Shown in pieces: positions 26,991 through 37,445 of a stretch of DNA of 64,000 nucleotides. Origin of the DNA: Escherichia phage SKA64. The notes below the pieces were generated by a model that searched no databases, was not told the origin of the DNA, and saw only the letters and a program-made list of their open reading frames with translations. The stretch lies in the sequence record OM362897.1; one strand, given 5' to 3'. The position numbers were made by a program, and so were the translations under genes. The first letter of the stretch is position 1; every line of letters begins with the position of its first letter.

Positions 26991-27983
26991 ATGCGCTATC
27001 TGGTAACAGGTGGTCTTGGTTTTATTGGGAGTGCCGTGGTGCGCTCTCTTTGTCAAGATCCCAATAACGAAGTTTTTGTCGTTGATAAGATGGGCTATGC
27101 AGCAGACATTGAGAATGTAGGCGATATCACTCACGTTAAACTAAGCATAACAGATTTGGCAAACGAAACCCAGGTCAAAAGTTTAGTAGTAGAGTGCAAT
27201 CCTGACTTCATCATTCACTTAGCGGCAGAAAGTCATGTGGATAATTCTATCAAGAATCCACGAGTTTTCATCGACTCCAATATTATTGGTACATACAATT
27301 TATTGGAAGCTGCAAGGCTCCTCCCAAAAAATAAACTGAAGATGTTCGTACACGTCTCCACAGACGAAGTGTACGGCGATATGGCAGACTCTGGCGTTCC
27401 CTTTACTGAAGAGACAGCTTATGCCCCTTCAAGCCCGTACAGCGCGTCTAAGGCAGCATCTGACCATCTTGTGAAAGCTTGGCACCGTACCTACGATTTG
27501 CCTGTTGTGATAACCAACTGCTCCAATAACTTTGGGCCTTATCAACATCCAGAAAAGCTGATCCCAAAAATCATCACAAGTATCTTGACGAATAAAGAGA
27601 TTCCGGTGTATGGTAAAGGCGATCAGGTGCGAGACTGGCTTTTTGTTGAGGATCATGCGCGAGCTATTCTTCAAGTGGCAACAGGTGGAGAACCAGGTCA
27701 AACGTATAATGTTGGAACACGTAATCCCAAAACCAATATGGAGATCATCTATATGGTTTGTGACTACATGGATGCTGTACATCCAGAGGCAGGAACCTAC
27801 CCTTCTTCCAACTTGATAACTTTTGTTGAAGATCGTAAAGGACATGACTTGCGTTATGAAATCAATCCTTCTAAAATAGAGTCTGAACTGGGTTGGAGTG
27901 CAAACTCTACATTTGAACAAGATCTCTACTCAACGATTGAATGGTACTTAAACAACCCTCAATGGTGGAGTGAGAAAATTTAA
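26991..27983 (+). CDS. rfbB: dTDP-glucose 4,6-dehydratase
   Basis: N-terminal [15 protein letters not shown] Rossmann motif; length and overall pattern as in RmlB. Confidence 0.85.
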   Translation: MRYLVTGGLGFIGSAVVRSLCQDPNNEVFVVDKMGYAADIENVGDITHVKLSITDLANETQVKSLVVECNPDFIIHLAAESHVDNSIKNPRVFIDSNIIGTYNLLEAARLLPKNKLKMFVHVSTDEVYGDMADSGVPFTEETAYAPSSPYSASKAASDHLVKAWHRTYDLPVVITNCSNNFGPYQHPEKLIPKIITSILTNKEIPVYGKGDQVRDWLFVEDHARAILQVATGGEPGQTYNVGTRNPKTNMEIIYMVCDYMDAVHPEAGTYPSSNLITFVEDRKGHDLRYEINPSKIESELGWSANSTFEQDLYSTIEWYLNNPQWWSEKI

Positions 27984-27991
27984 GGAGGGTT

Positions 27992-28870
27992 ATGAAAGGT
28001 ATTATTTTGGCGGGAGGAAGTGGAACCCGCCTTCATCCAGTAACACGCAGTGTGAGCAAGCAATTACTCCCTGTGTATGACAAACCCATGATCTACTACC
28101 CTTTATCGGTATTGATGTTGGCTGACATTAAGGATATTTTAATAATCACCACACCAGGCGATCAGGAAGACTTTGAGTATCTTCTCGGAGATGGATCTAT
28201 GTTTGGGATAAAACTCACTTACGCAATCCAATCTGAGCCACGAGGTCTTGCTGACGCTTTCATCATCGGTAAAGATTTTATCGGAGAAGACTCTGTTGCT
28301 CTTATTTTAGGTGACAACCTATTCTTCGGACAAAGCTTTGGTAAACTACTGATTAACGCTAGTGAGATGGTAGATGTTTGGGGTGGAGCTTGTATCTTCG
28401 GGTATTTGGTGAAAGATCCTGAACGATTCGGTGTGGTTGAATTTGGGAGTAATCGTCAAGCTATTTCTATTGAAGAGAAACCTGAAAATCCTAAATCAGA
28501 TTATGCTGTCACAGGTTTGTATTTCTATGATAACTCTGTTATTCAACGTGCATTAGAAGTAACCCCTTCCGCGCGTGGAGAACTGGAGATCACTGATATC
28601 AATCGCAGCTACCTAGAAGACAGCAAGTTACAAGTGGAAGTTCTCGGACGAGGATTTACTTGGCTTGACACAGGAACACACGCCAGTCTGATGGAAGCTG
28701 GTCAATTCGTGCAGACTATTGAGAACCGTCAAGGATTGAAGATTGCGTGCCTGGAAGAAATTGCTTTCAAAAAAGGGTGGATTTCTTTAGAGACTTTGGT
28801 GTATCATGGAAACTCACTGAAGAAAACAGAGTACGGGCAATACCTACTCAAATTAGCGGAGAGAAAATGA
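27992..28870 (+). CDS. rfbA: glucose-1-phosphate thymidylyltransferase
   Basis: [18 protein letters not shown]...[16 protein letters not shown], a classic RmlA N-terminus. Confidence 0.85.
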   Translation: MKGIILAGGSGTRLHPVTRSVSKQLLPVYDKPMIYYPLSVLMLADIKDILIITTPGDQEDFEYLLGDGSMFGIKLTYAIQSEPRGLADAFIIGKDFIGEDSVALILGDNLFFGQSFGKLLINASEMVDVWGGACIFGYLVKDPERFGVVEFGSNRQAISIEEKPENPKSDYAVTGLYFYDNSVIQRALEVTPSARGELEITDINRSYLEDSKLQVEVLGRGFTWLDTGTHASLMEAGQFVQTIENRQGLKIACLEEIAFKKGWISLETLVYHGNSLKKTEYGQYLLKLAERK

Positions 28871-29433
28871 AAGTAGAAAAAACAAAAATTGAAGGTGCGG
28901 TAATTATCGAACCAGACGTTTATAAAGATGATCGTGGTTTCTTTCTAGAAACATATAATGAACAAAAATACGAAGATATTATTGGTAGACAAACTTTCGT
29001 TCAAGATAACATGTCTAAATCAAACTTCGGTGTTTTGCGAGGAATGCACTTTCAAACAAATAACCCGCAAGGTAAGCTTGTTCGTTGTGTAAGTGGGGAA
29101 GTATTGGATTTCGCTGTAGATTTACGTAAAGATAGTCCAACTTACGGTGCTTGGGACGGTGTTGTTCTTCGTGCACGACACCATACGCAGTTTTGGCTTC
29201 CACCTGGTTTGGCACATGGTTTTATAGTTTTGAGTATGGATGCTATCTTTGAATACAAATGCACAACTCCATACGACCCTTCTAGTGAACAAAGTTTACG
29301 TTGGGATGATCCTGATATAGGGATCGATTGGGGCTTCGATATGATTTTTGATGAAGGTTTTAAACCTATTCTATCAACAAAAGATGCAATGGCTAAATCT
29401 TTTCAACAGTTACGTAGCGAGGGTGTATGCTAA
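28867..29433 (+). CDS. rfbC: dTDP-4-dehydrorhamnose 3,5-epimerase
   Basis: Cupin-type RmlC pattern. ATG at 28867 overlaps the rfbA stop (ATGA). The track ORF extends further upstream in the same frame. Confidence 0.8.
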   Translation: MKVEKTKIEGAVIIEPDVYKDDRGFFLETYNEQKYEDIIGRQTFVQDNMSKSNFGVLRGMHFQTNNPQGKLVRCVSGEVLDFAVDLRKDSPTYGAWDGVVLRARHHTQFWLPPGLAHGFIVLSMDAIFEYKCTTPYDPSSEQSLRWDDPDIGIDWGFDMIFDEGFKPILSTKDAMAKSFQQLRSEGVC

Positions 29434-30269
29434 CATATCTGGTATTGGGCGGTAATGGACAACTGGGACAAGCTTTACGTAAAGTGGCTCCTTCAAATGT
29501 ATCTTTAATTTATCCTAAAGAACGTGTAGATATTACAAATTTTGAAGCTGTGCGAAACGCTATTATTGAAGATTATGTAGATGGTGTTATTAATTGCGCC
29601 GCTTATACGGCTGTAGATAAAGCAGAACATGATTTTGCTACTGCTTTGGCTGTTAATGCGTATGGACCTGCAAATATTGCGGCAGTGTGCAGCAAACTTA
29701 AAATTGATTTTGTGCATATTTCTACAGACTATATTTTTAATTATTCTCATCCTATTTTTGAAGATACTACACCTAACCCAATAAACAATTATGGGTATAC
29801 GAAAGAACTTGGTGAAAAAATGGTGCGAGGAGTTAACCCAAATGCATATATTATTCGAACAGCCTCGGTATATAGCGAATTTGGAAATAACTTTCTAAAA
29901 ACCATGTTGTCTCGCTATAATGATGGACAACGTGATTTTATTATTGTTGCTGATCAGTTCTCTTGTCCAACATATGCTCCAGATTTAGCAGAAGCTATTT
30001 TTGAAGTATTAAAAACAGGTTGGTCAAGGTCTGTTAAGACTTACCATTTTGCAGGAAGCCATCTTATTTCTTGGGCGGAGTTTGCGGAAAAGATCTTGAC
30101 ACAGATGCCAGAACCTGTTAAGATATCGGCGGTATCAGCTTCAACCTATAATGCTCCAGCAGCACGTCCGGTGAAGTCACAACTAGTAACCAGTCACTAT
30201 CTTACAAAATCAGATTTAAATAAAGGTATTGAACAGTCTTTAGCAGTATTACTTAATAAGGAGAGGTAA
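29427..30269 (+). CDS. rfbD: dTDP-4-dehydrorhamnose reductase
   Basis: LVLGGNGQLGQAL N-terminus, about 280 aa. Completes the four-enzyme pathway. Confidence 0.75.
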   Translation: MLTYLVLGGNGQLGQALRKVAPSNVSLIYPKERVDITNFEAVRNAIIEDYVDGVINCAAYTAVDKAEHDFATALAVNAYGPANIAAVCSKLKIDFVHISTDYIFNYSHPIFEDTTPNPINNYGYTKELGEKMVRGVNPNAYIIRTASVYSEFGNNFLKTMLSRYNDGQRDFIIVADQFSCPTYAPDLAEAIFEVLKTGWSRSVKTYHFAGSHLISWAEFAEKILTQMPEPVKISAVSASTYNAPAARPVKSQLVTSHYLTKSDLNKGIEQSLAVLLNKER

Positions 30270-30529
30270 TGGAATTTGTAATTTTTGGTAAACCTAACTG
30301 TCAATTTTGTGAAATGTCAAAACAACTATTAACCATGCGCAATAAACAGTTTGAATATTTAAGTCTTGATCAAGACTATGATTTAGAATCAATGACTAAA
30401 ACAGTTGTTGATCTTACCGGAGTTCCTCCACGCACATTTCCACAAATTCTGTCCGAAGTGAACGGGGAGGTAACATACGTAGGCGGTTTTACCGAACTGC
30501 GTGATCTCATGGCTCAAATTGCGGAGTAA
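30269..30529 (+). CDS. glutaredoxin/NrdC-like redoxin
   Basis: CQFC active site, and VGGFTELRDL resembling the T4 NrdC C-terminus. Confidence 0.65.
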   Translation: MEFVIFGKPNCQFCEMSKQLLTMRNKQFEYLSLDQDYDLESMTKTVVDLTGVPPRTFPQILSEVNGEVTYVGGFTELRDLMAQIAE

Positions 30530-30691
30530 CAATTATGAAAAGTAAACAGAAACGTAAGATCTTTTCTCGTGCTTTGGCAAATGAGCTGAAGTCCAACATA
30601 AAGAAAACGAAACCAAAACGTGAAACTTCTCCAGAACATCTGTTGTTTAACGAGTTGGATCACGGAGTAGGAGACGACGAATAGGAAGTAA

Positions 30692-31192
30692 ATGGCTAAA
30701 GTAGTAGATGAGTTCGATATGCTACGAGTCGATGAAGGACTGAAGCTTACTGTTTATCAAGACCATCTTGGTTATTGGACAGTCGGCATAGGACACCTTC
30801 TGACTAAAATAAAAGATAAAGCAAAGGCTATTCAAATCTTAGATAATCTTCTTGGTCGTAAGACTAATGGAGTTATCACAGAAAAAGAAGCCCGTCAAAT
30901 CTTTGCTGACGATGTTGCAAAAGTGAAGAGAGACATAAAAAACAGTGCTATCTTATCACCAATCTATGATAAGGTTAGTGATACTCGTAAATTGGGAATA
31001 ATCAACATGGTTTTCCAGTTGGGGTTAAAAGGTGCTGAAGGGTTTCAAAATAGCTTGACTTTAATCAGCAATGCATATTATACTCAAGCAGGTAAAAACA
31101 TGCGTAAAAGCCGATGGTATAGCCAGACGCCAAACCGTGCTGAACGAGTAATTAAAGTTCTGACTTCTGGAACTTTAGATGCTTACAACTAA
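30692..31192 (+). CDS. e: T4-type lysozyme (GH24 endolysin)
   Basis: FDMLRVDEGLKLTVYQDHLGYWTVGIGHLLTK closely matches the T4 lysozyme N-terminus. Confidence 0.85.
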   Translation: MAKVVDEFDMLRVDEGLKLTVYQDHLGYWTVGIGHLLTKIKDKAKAIQILDNLLGRKTNGVITEKEARQIFADDVAKVKRDIKNSAILSPIYDKVSDTRKLGIINMVFQLGLKGAEGFQNSLTLISNAYYTQAGKNMRKSRWYSQTPNRAERVIKVLTSGTLDAYN

Positions 31193-31229
31193 TAAAGGGG
31201 CTTCGGCCCCTTCTAAAAGGAGTGCTACT

Positions 31230-31988
31230 ATGGGAAATAAAACCGCAGCTAAAACACAACGGCAGAAACTGGCTAATTCAGCAAAGATTGAAAGCCGTTA
31301 TGCAGCAAAAGCGGTAGGTAATGACGATTACCGTTTAGATGAATTTATGCCTGAAGGGGACCAAAATAAGATTGTTCAAAGCATGATTTGGAATGATCTG
31401 ACTGTTGTAAATGCTCCGGCAGGGACTGGTAAAACCTCTGTTGCTTTATGGAAAGCTTTGCAGATGCTTCGTTCAGGAGACTTCCGTAAACTACTTTTTA
31501 TCAAGAACCCTACTGAAGTCGGAGATGACCAGATTGGTTTCTTGTCTGGAGATAAAACAGATAAACTAGCAGCACACTATGAATCTACAAAACGTATTTT
31601 CCAGCAATTCATGACAGCCAACAAATTGGAAAACGATATTGGATCAGGTAAGATCGAATTGAATATTCCTAACTATTTGTTGGGGGCCACCCTGGATAAT
31701 ACAATCGTCATTATTGACGAAGCACAACTTATGTCAACAGAAACACTTAAACTTCTTATTGAACGTGCAGGTATTAATACGCATGTTATTGTATTAGGCG
31801 ATGTTCGCCAGACATATGCAATTAAAAAACGTAGCAATGGTCTGCATCAAATTTTGGAACTTTTATATCCAGAAAATGAAGAAGGTGTTCGTGAGCCAAT
31901 TGTAGATTTTATTGGATACGTTGAACTGACAACGGACGATAATAAACGTGGACGTTTGTCTAAACTGATTACTGAAGTGTTTATTTAA
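31230..31988 (+). CDS. phoH: PhoH-like ATPase
   Basis: Walker A VNAPAGTGKTSVAL. Start chosen at the in-frame ATG 31230 after a hairpin and RBS. Confidence 0.7.
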   Translation: MGNKTAAKTQRQKLANSAKIESRYAAKAVGNDDYRLDEFMPEGDQNKIVQSMIWNDLTVVNAPAGTGKTSVALWKALQMLRSGDFRKLLFIKNPTEVGDDQIGFLSGDKTDKLAAHYESTKRIFQQFMTANKLENDIGSGKIELNIPNYLLGATLDNTIVIIDEAQLMSTETLKLLIERAGINTHVIVLGDVRQTYAIKKRSNGLHQILELLYPENEEGVREPIVDFIGYVELTTDDNKRGRLSKLITEVFI

Positions 31989-32020
31989 TAACATGGCAGG
32001 GAAGCCATTTATAAGGAGGA

Positions 32021-32524
32021 TTGATGGGTGTAGCAACAATAGCTATCGGAAGAAGCGGTATAGATGAGTGCTATCAAACGGGACTCGTAAAACCTAACGA
32101 ATTTCGTCAAATTTGTGTAAACCATATTGAAAAAGAGATTGCTCTTACTTTAGAGAATATGACCCTCCGAGATAAGCTGGAAATGTTTAAATGTTGGTGT
32201 CTAGGAGAAGATTGGCTTTTAAACCATTTTCAAGAACTTTCTGATAGTAAAGAAAGCTTGTTTGATTGTATAATAGGAATAGCTGGCTCCGATCCTAGCC
32301 TTCTGCACATAACAGAAGAAGAGGCGAAGTTACTGTTCTTAAGTAATTTGTTTAATAAGAAAGCACTGCTTGTTCGTGATTGCAGTGATCTTCTTAATAA
32401 CCCGCTCGCAACGTCTGATCAAATTTTTGTTGACAAAGAGACACTACGTGCGATAGAATACATCTGCAAATATGTGAATGGCGGGAAAGCGGTTCTTAAA
32501 ACATTAACAGAGGAGGAAGAATAG
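32021..32524 (+). CDS. hypothetical protein
   Basis: 167-aa ORF immediately upstream of the HslV-like gene. Confidence 0.35.
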   Translation: MMGVATIAIGRSGIDECYQTGLVKPNEFRQICVNHIEKEIALTLENMTLRDKLEMFKCWCLGEDWLLNHFQELSDSKESLFDCIIGIAGSDPSLLHITEEEAKLLFLSNLFNKKALLVRDCSDLLNNPLATSDQIFVDKETLRAIEYICKYVNGGKAVLKTLTEEEE

Positions 32525-33216
32525 TGACGACAATTATTGCAACCAAAAATAAGATTTTGAGTGACGGTAAGGTAACTTTTGGTGGACGTGTAGATTCTAT
32601 TAATTTCAAAAAGGTCCGAAAAATTGGAGATTACCTTGTAGGTGGTGCTGGTCGTCTGACCTCCGTGCTTTCTTTCTTTCAATGGTTTGAACAAAATCTA
32701 CAGTGCGAAGCAGCACGTGATGCTGTCCCTGGTTTGATGATTCACTCTGATCCAGACAAAGAAGATGAAGAGTTTATTGCACTTGTTGTTCATCCAGACG
32801 GACGTATTTTCCTGCACGAGGGTAACAACCCAACACGTGCATATCCGATTGATGAAGAATATTATGCAGTAGGGAGTGGGTCAGACTTTGCTTTAGCTGC
32901 TCTTGATGCAGGGGCAACACCAGAACAGGCTATGGAAGTAGCTAAAAAGCGAGATGCTTTTTCTGGTGGTGAAACATTTATTGAAGAACAAGACGAGATT
33001 ATTGAATTAACAGACGATGATTTAGAAAACTTCTCCAAAGAAGAATTGATCAATCTTTTGAAATTCGGTAATCCCTACGGTGAAGAAGAACCTCGTAACG
33101 TGGCAGGTAACGAGGCGGATACTGAAGAAAAATCTGTTGCAGAAAACAACTTGACTTCTAAATCTGAAAATATTAATCTCGTAAATGTGGCGGATTTCGA
33201 AGGAACCGCTATTTAA
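32524..33216 (+). CDS. HslV-like proteasome-type peptidase (Ntn hydrolase) with acidic C-terminal extension
   Basis: MTTIIATKN... with Thr at position 2, FKKVRK, GGAG, AVGSGSDFALAA align with E. coli HslV as recalled. GTG start. Confidence 0.6.
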   Translation: MTTIIATKNKILSDGKVTFGGRVDSINFKKVRKIGDYLVGGAGRLTSVLSFFQWFEQNLQCEAARDAVPGLMIHSDPDKEDEEFIALVVHPDGRIFLHEGNNPTRAYPIDEEYYAVGSGSDFALAALDAGATPEQAMEVAKKRDAFSGGETFIEEQDEIIELTDDDLENFSKEELINLLKFGNPYGEEEPRNVAGNEADTEEKSVAENNLTSKSENINLVNVADFEGTAI

Positions 33217-33261
33217 CAAACTGCCCCTTCGGGGGCATTTCTTAAACATAGGAGATTAATA

Positions 33262-33696
33262 ATGTTACAAGTTCCTGCTAAGTTTGTTGAAGGCGCTATC
33301 CACTCTTACCGTCAAACATGTAAGAGGGCAAGAAACTGTTTAGATGGTCTGGTGGCAAAAACCTATACTGTTGAAAAGAAGAAACGTTGGTTTGGCAAAG
33401 ATGTTTACGAAGTTAATATTTTTGGTGAACATAAACTAAACCACGATACTCCTGAAAACATGTTAGAAATATTTCTAAGAGATGACAAAATATCTCCTAT
33501 GGATTACCAACTTTTAAAATTTTATGATTCTTCTTTGGCTATTGATAAGTTTGTTGAAGATATTCTGTCTAGAAAAACAGATAAAAACACTTATCCTCTA
33601 GAAGCTGATCAAATAGGATTATTAAACGAGATTTCATCCTTTAAAGAGTTGGATAATATTACAAAAGAGGAGATTTTAGATGGCATTAGATTATGA
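33262..33696 (+). CDS. hypothetical protein
   Basis: 144-aa ORF. Confidence 0.35.
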   Translation: MLQVPAKFVEGAIHSYRQTCKRARNCLDGLVAKTYTVEKKKRWFGKDVYEVNIFGEHKLNHDTPENMLEIFLRDDKISPMDYQLLKFYDSSLAIDKFVEDILSRKTDKNTYPLEADQIGLLNEISSFKELDNITKEEILDGIRL

Positions 33697-34189
33697 TCGC
33701 CCAACGAGCGATTATTATCCAACACCGCAAAAAGCAATCAATAGTTTGTTTAGTGTTATAGATTTCAAAAATCTAAAGGAAGAAGGTTGGGTTTTTGCAG
33801 AACCTTGCAGAGGTGAAGCTGAAGCGATTTATCGCCATTTTCCTGAAGGTTCAGAATATTGCGAACTTGAAGAAGGTAAAGATTATTTTAGTCATGAATG
33901 GGAAAATCGTCCCGACATTATAATCACAAATCCTCCATTTAAGTTAGCAATGGAGTTCTTGGAAAAGAGCTTAAAAGAGGCGGATGTTTGTATTTATCTT
34001 CTTCGGTTGGGCTTCTTGGAGTCAAAGAAACGACGAGAGTTCCATCAAAAGAATCCACCAACAAACCTTATAGTCCTTTCAGAACGGCCTTCGTTTGTTG
34101 CAGGTGGAACAGATAAGACAGCATACGCTTGGTATGTATACGACCCAAAGAATCGTTTGGGCCTCTCTCAACCATTTTATTTTGTTTAA
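33680..34189 (+). CDS. small N6-adenine DNA methyltransferase-like protein
   Basis: IITNPPF (motif IV) and N-terminal YYPTP. Confidence 0.5.
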   Translation: MALDYDRPTSDYYPTPQKAINSLFSVIDFKNLKEEGWVFAEPCRGEAEAIYRHFPEGSEYCELEEGKDYFSHEWENRPDIIITNPPFKLAMEFLEKSLKEADVCIYLLRLGFLESKKRREFHQKNPPTNLIVLSERPSFVAGGTDKTAYAWYVYDPKNRLGLSQPFYFV

Positions 34190-34877
34190 GGAGTGTGAAC
34201 TATGGGTAAACTAATTATGACAGTGGCTATTGATTTTGATGAAGTAGATGAAAGCCTCAACCTTTCACTTTCTACTGACGTAGATGGCGAAATGGATAAT
34301 ATTGAAGCAGCTACTGCTCTTTTCTTCAAAAAAGCCATTGAAGTTTATGCCGAACATGCTGCAAATCAGGCAGTAGATTACGGTGGTATCGTGCGAGCTT
34401 TAGTTCACTCTACCGAGGGCAATGACTGGGAAGATTAATGGCTTACAATTATTACTGCATTTATGCACATGAAAAGAAAAAAGGTGACACTGGGACTAAC
34501 GTTTATGCGGAGTCCGAATCTCATGCAAAAGAGATTGGTGCTATCCTTTTATCACGCTGGACTGGAAATAATTACAGTGCAGAAGATATGTTTGCAGAAG
34601 TGGATTCTAGAATCCAAGAAGACAACATAACAACTACGTGATATACTTATACTCCCTTTTCGGAGGGAGTATTTTAAGGAGGGATTATGCAGAGCGGAGA
34701 AGAACTTTTAGAGAAACAATTCTCAACGCGTCAACAAGCTTTAAGTTATATGGTTTTTCTAAGCAATCTTGATGTGAATGAGATACTTTTACGGCGCGAA
34801 GGTAATTTCTGGAGCGTTAAATATCATGCAACAAGGTCTGTAATCTACCTGGAAGAGGCGGAATTCTCTTTGGTAGA

Positions 34878-35468
34878 ATGATCCGAGGAGTAGTTATGCG
34901 TTCAACTTTCACTGGCAAAATAAATGCTGGTTTGATTTTTACAGCAGTAAGCATTCTTAGCAAAAAGTTTAAAGTTGTTAACTTACCTGTGTGTGTCGAT
35001 TTCGATCATGTTTTTGATCCTTCGAACCCCACTCGTTGCATAGTAAGGAGTAATGTTGAAAACCCAACAGAAAATCTTTTTTATGTAACAAAACCATCTC
35101 AAAGCATACTTAACCAGGTTGAGGCGAAATTGATACCTAACGGTAAATATTACTCCTTTTTACCTTGTAAGTCGGTTGAAGTAGAGAATAGCAATACTTT
35201 CGCTAATAACTTGTCTGTATTCGTTTTCTTTGTTTCACAGGAAGACGAAACAGATGAAATGGTAGCAACAGTGAGATCACTTTATGACTCTTTAGGGGTT
35301 GTTTATAGTCAACAAGTGTGCGAAAATAATAAAGCCTGTGTAGATTTCATTATCAACGGTATTTGTGTTTGTAGAGTAGAATCTTTTTGGCTGCACGATA
35401 CATATGTGACTGTAGCAGAGGTTATATCTGAACCAAGATTTAGTCATGCGGTTTCGTTAATAATTTGA
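34878..35468 (+). CDS. hypothetical protein
   Basis: 196-aa ORF. Confidence 0.35.
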   Translation: MIRGVVMRSTFTGKINAGLIFTAVSILSKKFKVVNLPVCVDFDHVFDPSNPTRCIVRSNVENPTENLFYVTKPSQSILNQVEAKLIPNGKYYSFLPCKSVEVENSNTFANNLSVFVFFVSQEDETDEMVATVRSLYDSLGVVYSQQVCENNKACVDFIINGICVCRVESFWLHDTYVTVAEVISEPRFSHAVSLII

Positions 35469-35478
35469 GGAGGAAGGA

Positions 35479-35808
35479 ATGGAAATTACTACAGAACAAG
35501 CCCTTATCGATGAGGGTCGTAAAATCTTAGAAAAGTATTTAGGGGAGATTCATAAAACCCCTGGCTATTTGGGTTGGAGAATTGTTGAAGCTGTAGATTT
35601 CCTTCCTCGTAACAGTAAAAACGTCGAAATGCGATCTCTTTTCTTATTAGTAAAGGTGGATGGGGATACGCCTTTTAAAGATGCCGCAGAACATATTGAA
35701 AAAGTTGAAGAGAAAGCTTATGCAGAATTTGCCGATCTTGTTTTAGAACAAGAGATTGAAGGAAAGGTGAATATTTTTATTTTCTTAGATTTTGAGGAGG
35801 ATAAGTGA
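35479..35808 (+). CDS. hypothetical protein
   Basis: 109-aa ORF with RBS ggaggaagg. Confidence 0.35.
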   Translation: MEITTEQALIDEGRKILEKYLGEIHKTPGYLGWRIVEAVDFLPRNSKNVEMRSLFLLVKVDGDTPFKDAAEHIEKVEEKAYAEFADLVLEQEIEGKVNIFIFLDFEEDK

Positions 35809-36548
35809 TCATACACAGAGAAATTACTGTTAAAAGCGATCAAGATCTTTTTATAATTGGAGATCTACACGGTTGTTATAATTTGTATGAAAAAGGAAAG
35901 GCAAAGTTAGGTATCCGAGATACAGATGTGGTTGTATCTCTAGGAGATCTTACTGACCGTGGAAAGCAAAACTTTCGTTGTGTTTTAGAATTTACTCGTA
36001 AACACAATCGCTACGCTATTCGTGGCAATCATGAAGACATGATGATTAAAGGTATGCTGGAAGGAGATCGTAGCTACTACGAGTGTTGGTATCAAAATGG
36101 AGGATATACGGTCTTTGAAGAATGTGGTGAAGAAGGAGCTACAGCCTTAGCAATGATGACAGAAGATTTACCTGTTGTTCTCATTGTTAACTACAGAGGC
36201 ATGAAACTTGCGTTTATTCATGGTGGGTATCCATCTTCTTTGGAATATCTCCCTGTAACAGATATTCCAGAATACATTTCGAAGATGACAAAAACACAGG
36301 AAAACCGTTTTGCTGAAGCACTTATGTGGGACAGAGATATGGTAGACTGTGCTAAAGAGGGAATGAAACTTCCTGTTGTGATGGGTGTGGATTATGTGTT
36401 TCATGGACACTCTTATGTAAAAACACCTATTATCAATGCGAATCGTGTTTATATGGATACTGGATCTGTGTTCAATAATAACTTAACATTTGCTTATTTC
36501 GATATGGACGGTGGTCTTCAATTTTATTCAACTCTTGAGGAGGATTAA
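35805..36548 (+). CDS. Ser/Thr protein phosphatase (lambda-PPase-like metallophosphoesterase)
   Basis: IIGDLHGC, GDLTDRG, GNHEDM motifs. Confidence 0.75.
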   Translation: MIIHREITVKSDQDLFIIGDLHGCYNLYEKGKAKLGIRDTDVVVSLGDLTDRGKQNFRCVLEFTRKHNRYAIRGNHEDMMIKGMLEGDRSYYECWYQNGGYTVFEECGEEGATALAMMTEDLPVVLIVNYRGMKLAFIHGGYPSSLEYLPVTDIPEYISKMTKTQENRFAEALMWDRDMVDCAKEGMKLPVVMGVDYVFHGHSYVKTPIINANRVYMDTGSVFNNNLTFAYFDMDGGLQFYSTLEED

Positions 36549-36863
36549 TGTATAAGATTACAATTATTCAAAGTGTAGGTAATATCCGTAAAGAAGTTAT
36601 CTTAGAAACAGAAGATGTTAATCTTGTTCGTGAGATTGTTCTTAAGGAAGATAACCTGCAAGCTGTAGAATCAGATGCACCGAATCTTATGGTGGATCAA
36701 GAATATTCTGAACTTCGTCGTATTTTTGAAGAGATTCAGAAGAAAGAAACACAACCGACCATAAAACCTTTTGGTCCTTATGATCCGAGCAATCCTAGCA
36801 GTCCTTGGATCATGAGAAATACGGAACCGTATACACCTTTTGAAATTACTTGTTGAGGTGATT

Positions 36864-37445
36864 ATGGCAGAACTGTTCTATACGGGAGTTGGAAGTAGAG
36901 ACATATCCGAAGAAGAGTGGGCTTTGATGGTAGGCATAGGGAAATGGCTTTCAAACCTTGGGTTTAAATTAAGGTCTGGGAAGGCAGAGGGTAGTGATTC
37001 TGCTTTTGAAACAGGTGTCCAAGAGTCTGAAAATCCTACTAACAAGGAGATTTATGTTCCTTGGGAAAATTTCAAAGGTAATCAGATTCCAGGGGATGTT
37101 ATTGTTCTTGCAAAACCAGATACAATGAACTATGCTATCTCTGTGCAATGGATCAAAGATGTTCACCCAGCCTATGAAAAGCTTAAGCAGGGTGCTAGAA
37201 AATTGCACCAACGTAATGTGCATCAAGTGTTAGGTAGAGATTTGGAGAATCCTGCTCCATCATGTTTCTTGTTGGCTTGTGCTAATACTGATAAACATGG
37301 AGATGCAAAAGGTGGAACAGCTACGGCTTGGAAGATAGCTAAAGCCAATAATGTTCCTTGTTTAAATATTCGTGGGAAAACAAAACAAGAGATTTACGAT
37401 TTTCTACGACCTTTGGTAATGAGGGCAATAACAAGTGATTCCTAG
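36864..37445 (+). CDS. DprA/Smf-like (SLOG-type) Rossmann-fold protein
   Basis: YTGVGSRDIS...LRSGKAEGSDSAFETG. ATG 36864 with RBS gaggtg; the track ORF begins at an upstream TTG. Confidence 0.4.
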   Translation: MAELFYTGVGSRDISEEEWALMVGIGKWLSNLGFKLRSGKAEGSDSAFETGVQESENPTNKEIYVPWENFKGNQIPGDVIVLAKPDTMNYAISVQWIKDVHPAYEKLKQGARKLHQRNVHQVLGRDLENPAPSCFLLACANTDKHGDAKGGTATAWKIAKANNVPCLNIRGKTKQEIYDFLRPLVMRAITSDS

